From a virus, in IMG/VR virus record IMGVR_UViG_3300045988_137581, positions 1 through 60,712 of that record: a DNA stretch of 60,712 nt; one strand, 5' to 3'. Positions 60,213 to 60,712 of the stretch are shown piece by piece. The notes under the pieces are model-generated. The model was not told the origin of the DNA. It worked only from the letters and a program-made list of their open reading frames with translations, and searched no databases. Within the stretch, counting starts at the first letter, position 1. Every line of letters begins with the position of its first letter. The position numbers and the translations under genes were made by a program.

Positions 60213-60234
60213 GTAATATTCTAATAAATATTAC
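60213..60234. promoter_or_regulatory. Inverted repeat GTAATATT-N6-AATATTAC, candidate operator
   Basis: Perfect 8-bp arms between the -7 box and the XRE start codon. Confidence 0.4.
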
Positions 60235-60244
60235 TAATAAAACG

Positions 60245-60475
60245 ATGAAAAGCGATAAGAGAATTTACGATGAACTCGGAAAACGACTGAAAGCACGTCG
60301 AATCGAATTAGGGCTGACTCAAACAGAAGTAGGTGAACGAATTGGCGTGAATTACACCATGATTTTGATGTGGGAGAAAGGCAAAAAAGGCATGTCCGTA
60401 AGGACGCTGTCCGCCCTCTGCGATGCCTTGGAACTAAGATTAGAACTCGTCAAGATTTTCCATTTCAAGCACTAA
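60245..60475 (+). CDS. XRE/Cro-family helix-turn-helix regulator (76 aa), paralog of 1118..1348
   Basis: LGLTQTEVGERIGVNYTMILMWEKGKKGMSVRTLSALCDALE. Confidence 0.75.
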   Translation: MKSDKRIYDELGKRLKARRIELGLTQTEVGERIGVNYTMILMWEKGKKGMSVRTLSALCDALELRLELVKIFHFKH

Positions 60476-60476
60476 A

Positions 60477-60506
60477 AAATAATTTCCGAAATTTTTTCTC
60501 GGTGAG
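60477..60506 (+). repeat. Second copy of the 30-nt element found at 1343..1372
   Basis: Identical 30-mer immediately after the XRE stop codon. Confidence 0.8.
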
Positions 60507-60551
60507 AAACAGCGAGTTAGAGACAAAGGCGAAAAATAATTGCGAAAATAT

Positions 60552-60582
60552 TTTGCACGTGTCGAAAAAGGTTGTATCTTTG
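60552..60582 (+). promoter_or_regulatory. Bacteroidota-type promoter TTTG-N19-TATCTTTG driving the early genes across the junction
   Basis: TTTG at 60552-60555 and TATCTTTG at 60575-60582. The spacing matches the consensus. Confidence 0.6.
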
Positions 60583-60613
60583 CAACGTCAAACAACAAAA
60601 GAAGTAAACAATC

Positions 60614-60712
60614 AAAAACAAAAAACAAGAAGTCATGAAAACACAAATCGAAGAACTTGAGACAATCGCACAAGATGTAAGAACCAGATTCGCATACACA
60701 AGTCGCGGAGAA
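60614..60712. repeat. Second copy of the 99-bp end overlap
   Basis: Identical to nt 1-99. Confidence 0.9.

Noticed and set aside
1-60712. CRISPR arrays, a diversity-generating retroelement, and stop-codon reassignment
   Set aside because: I saw no regularly spaced repeat-spacer arrays. There is no reverse transcriptase or template/variable repeat pair. The 6612-aa and 2647-aa ORFs are open in the standard code, so no recoding is needed.

Overview
The window is a complete phage genome. Nt 1-99 are identical to nt 60614-60712, so the unit is about 60,613 bp and either circular or terminally redundant. The signals look Bacteroidota-like: TAnnTTTG promoter boxes, weak Shine-Dalgarno signals, and DUF3853-like and DUF4373-like genes. 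These family names are recalled from memory, not searched.

Genes sit in five strand blocks:
- (1) + early block, 60245 across the junction to 16094. It holds two paralogous XRE regulators and a tyrosine recombinase that has only its catalytic domain. It also holds a Rad50-like ATPase, RecT and an MBL nuclease, followed by a DnaD-like initiator with internal iterons, a DnaC-like loader and an 885-aa protein.
- (2) - late block, 31434 down to 16288. It holds scaffold, capsid candidate, a 2647-aa fibre, a lysis cassette with an amidase, and three tandem paralogs.
- (3) + packaging block, 31550-36799. A rhomboid-protease-like gene is joined to terL by an ATGA overlap.
- (4) - block, 60153 down to 36835. 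It holds two ejection-like proteins, one uninterrupted 6612-aa ORF and the portal.

Main finding: the 6612-aa ORF takes 32.7% of the genome. It is a chain of conflict-type enzyme modules: ParB-like, pyrophosphatase-like, an N6-adenine methyltransferase plus SNF2 helicase core like phage P1 DarB, duplicated nuclease-like modules and metallopeptidase motifs. Its place in the virion ejection cassette suggests an injected anti-defence polyvalent protein.

Other notable observations:
- Three tRNA acceptor/T-arm minihelices that lack anticodon arms.
- A phage-encoded rhomboid protease.
- A 41-bp perfect direct repeat that supplies the start of the truncated integrase.
- Clustered TCGTGTACA sites next to the integrase.
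- An iteron-type origin inside the initiator gene.

I saw no DNA or RNA polymerase, reverse transcriptase, CRISPR array, canonical tRNA, or recognisable tail tube, sheath or tape-measure gene. All family assignments come from motif reading by eye and need HMM confirmation.
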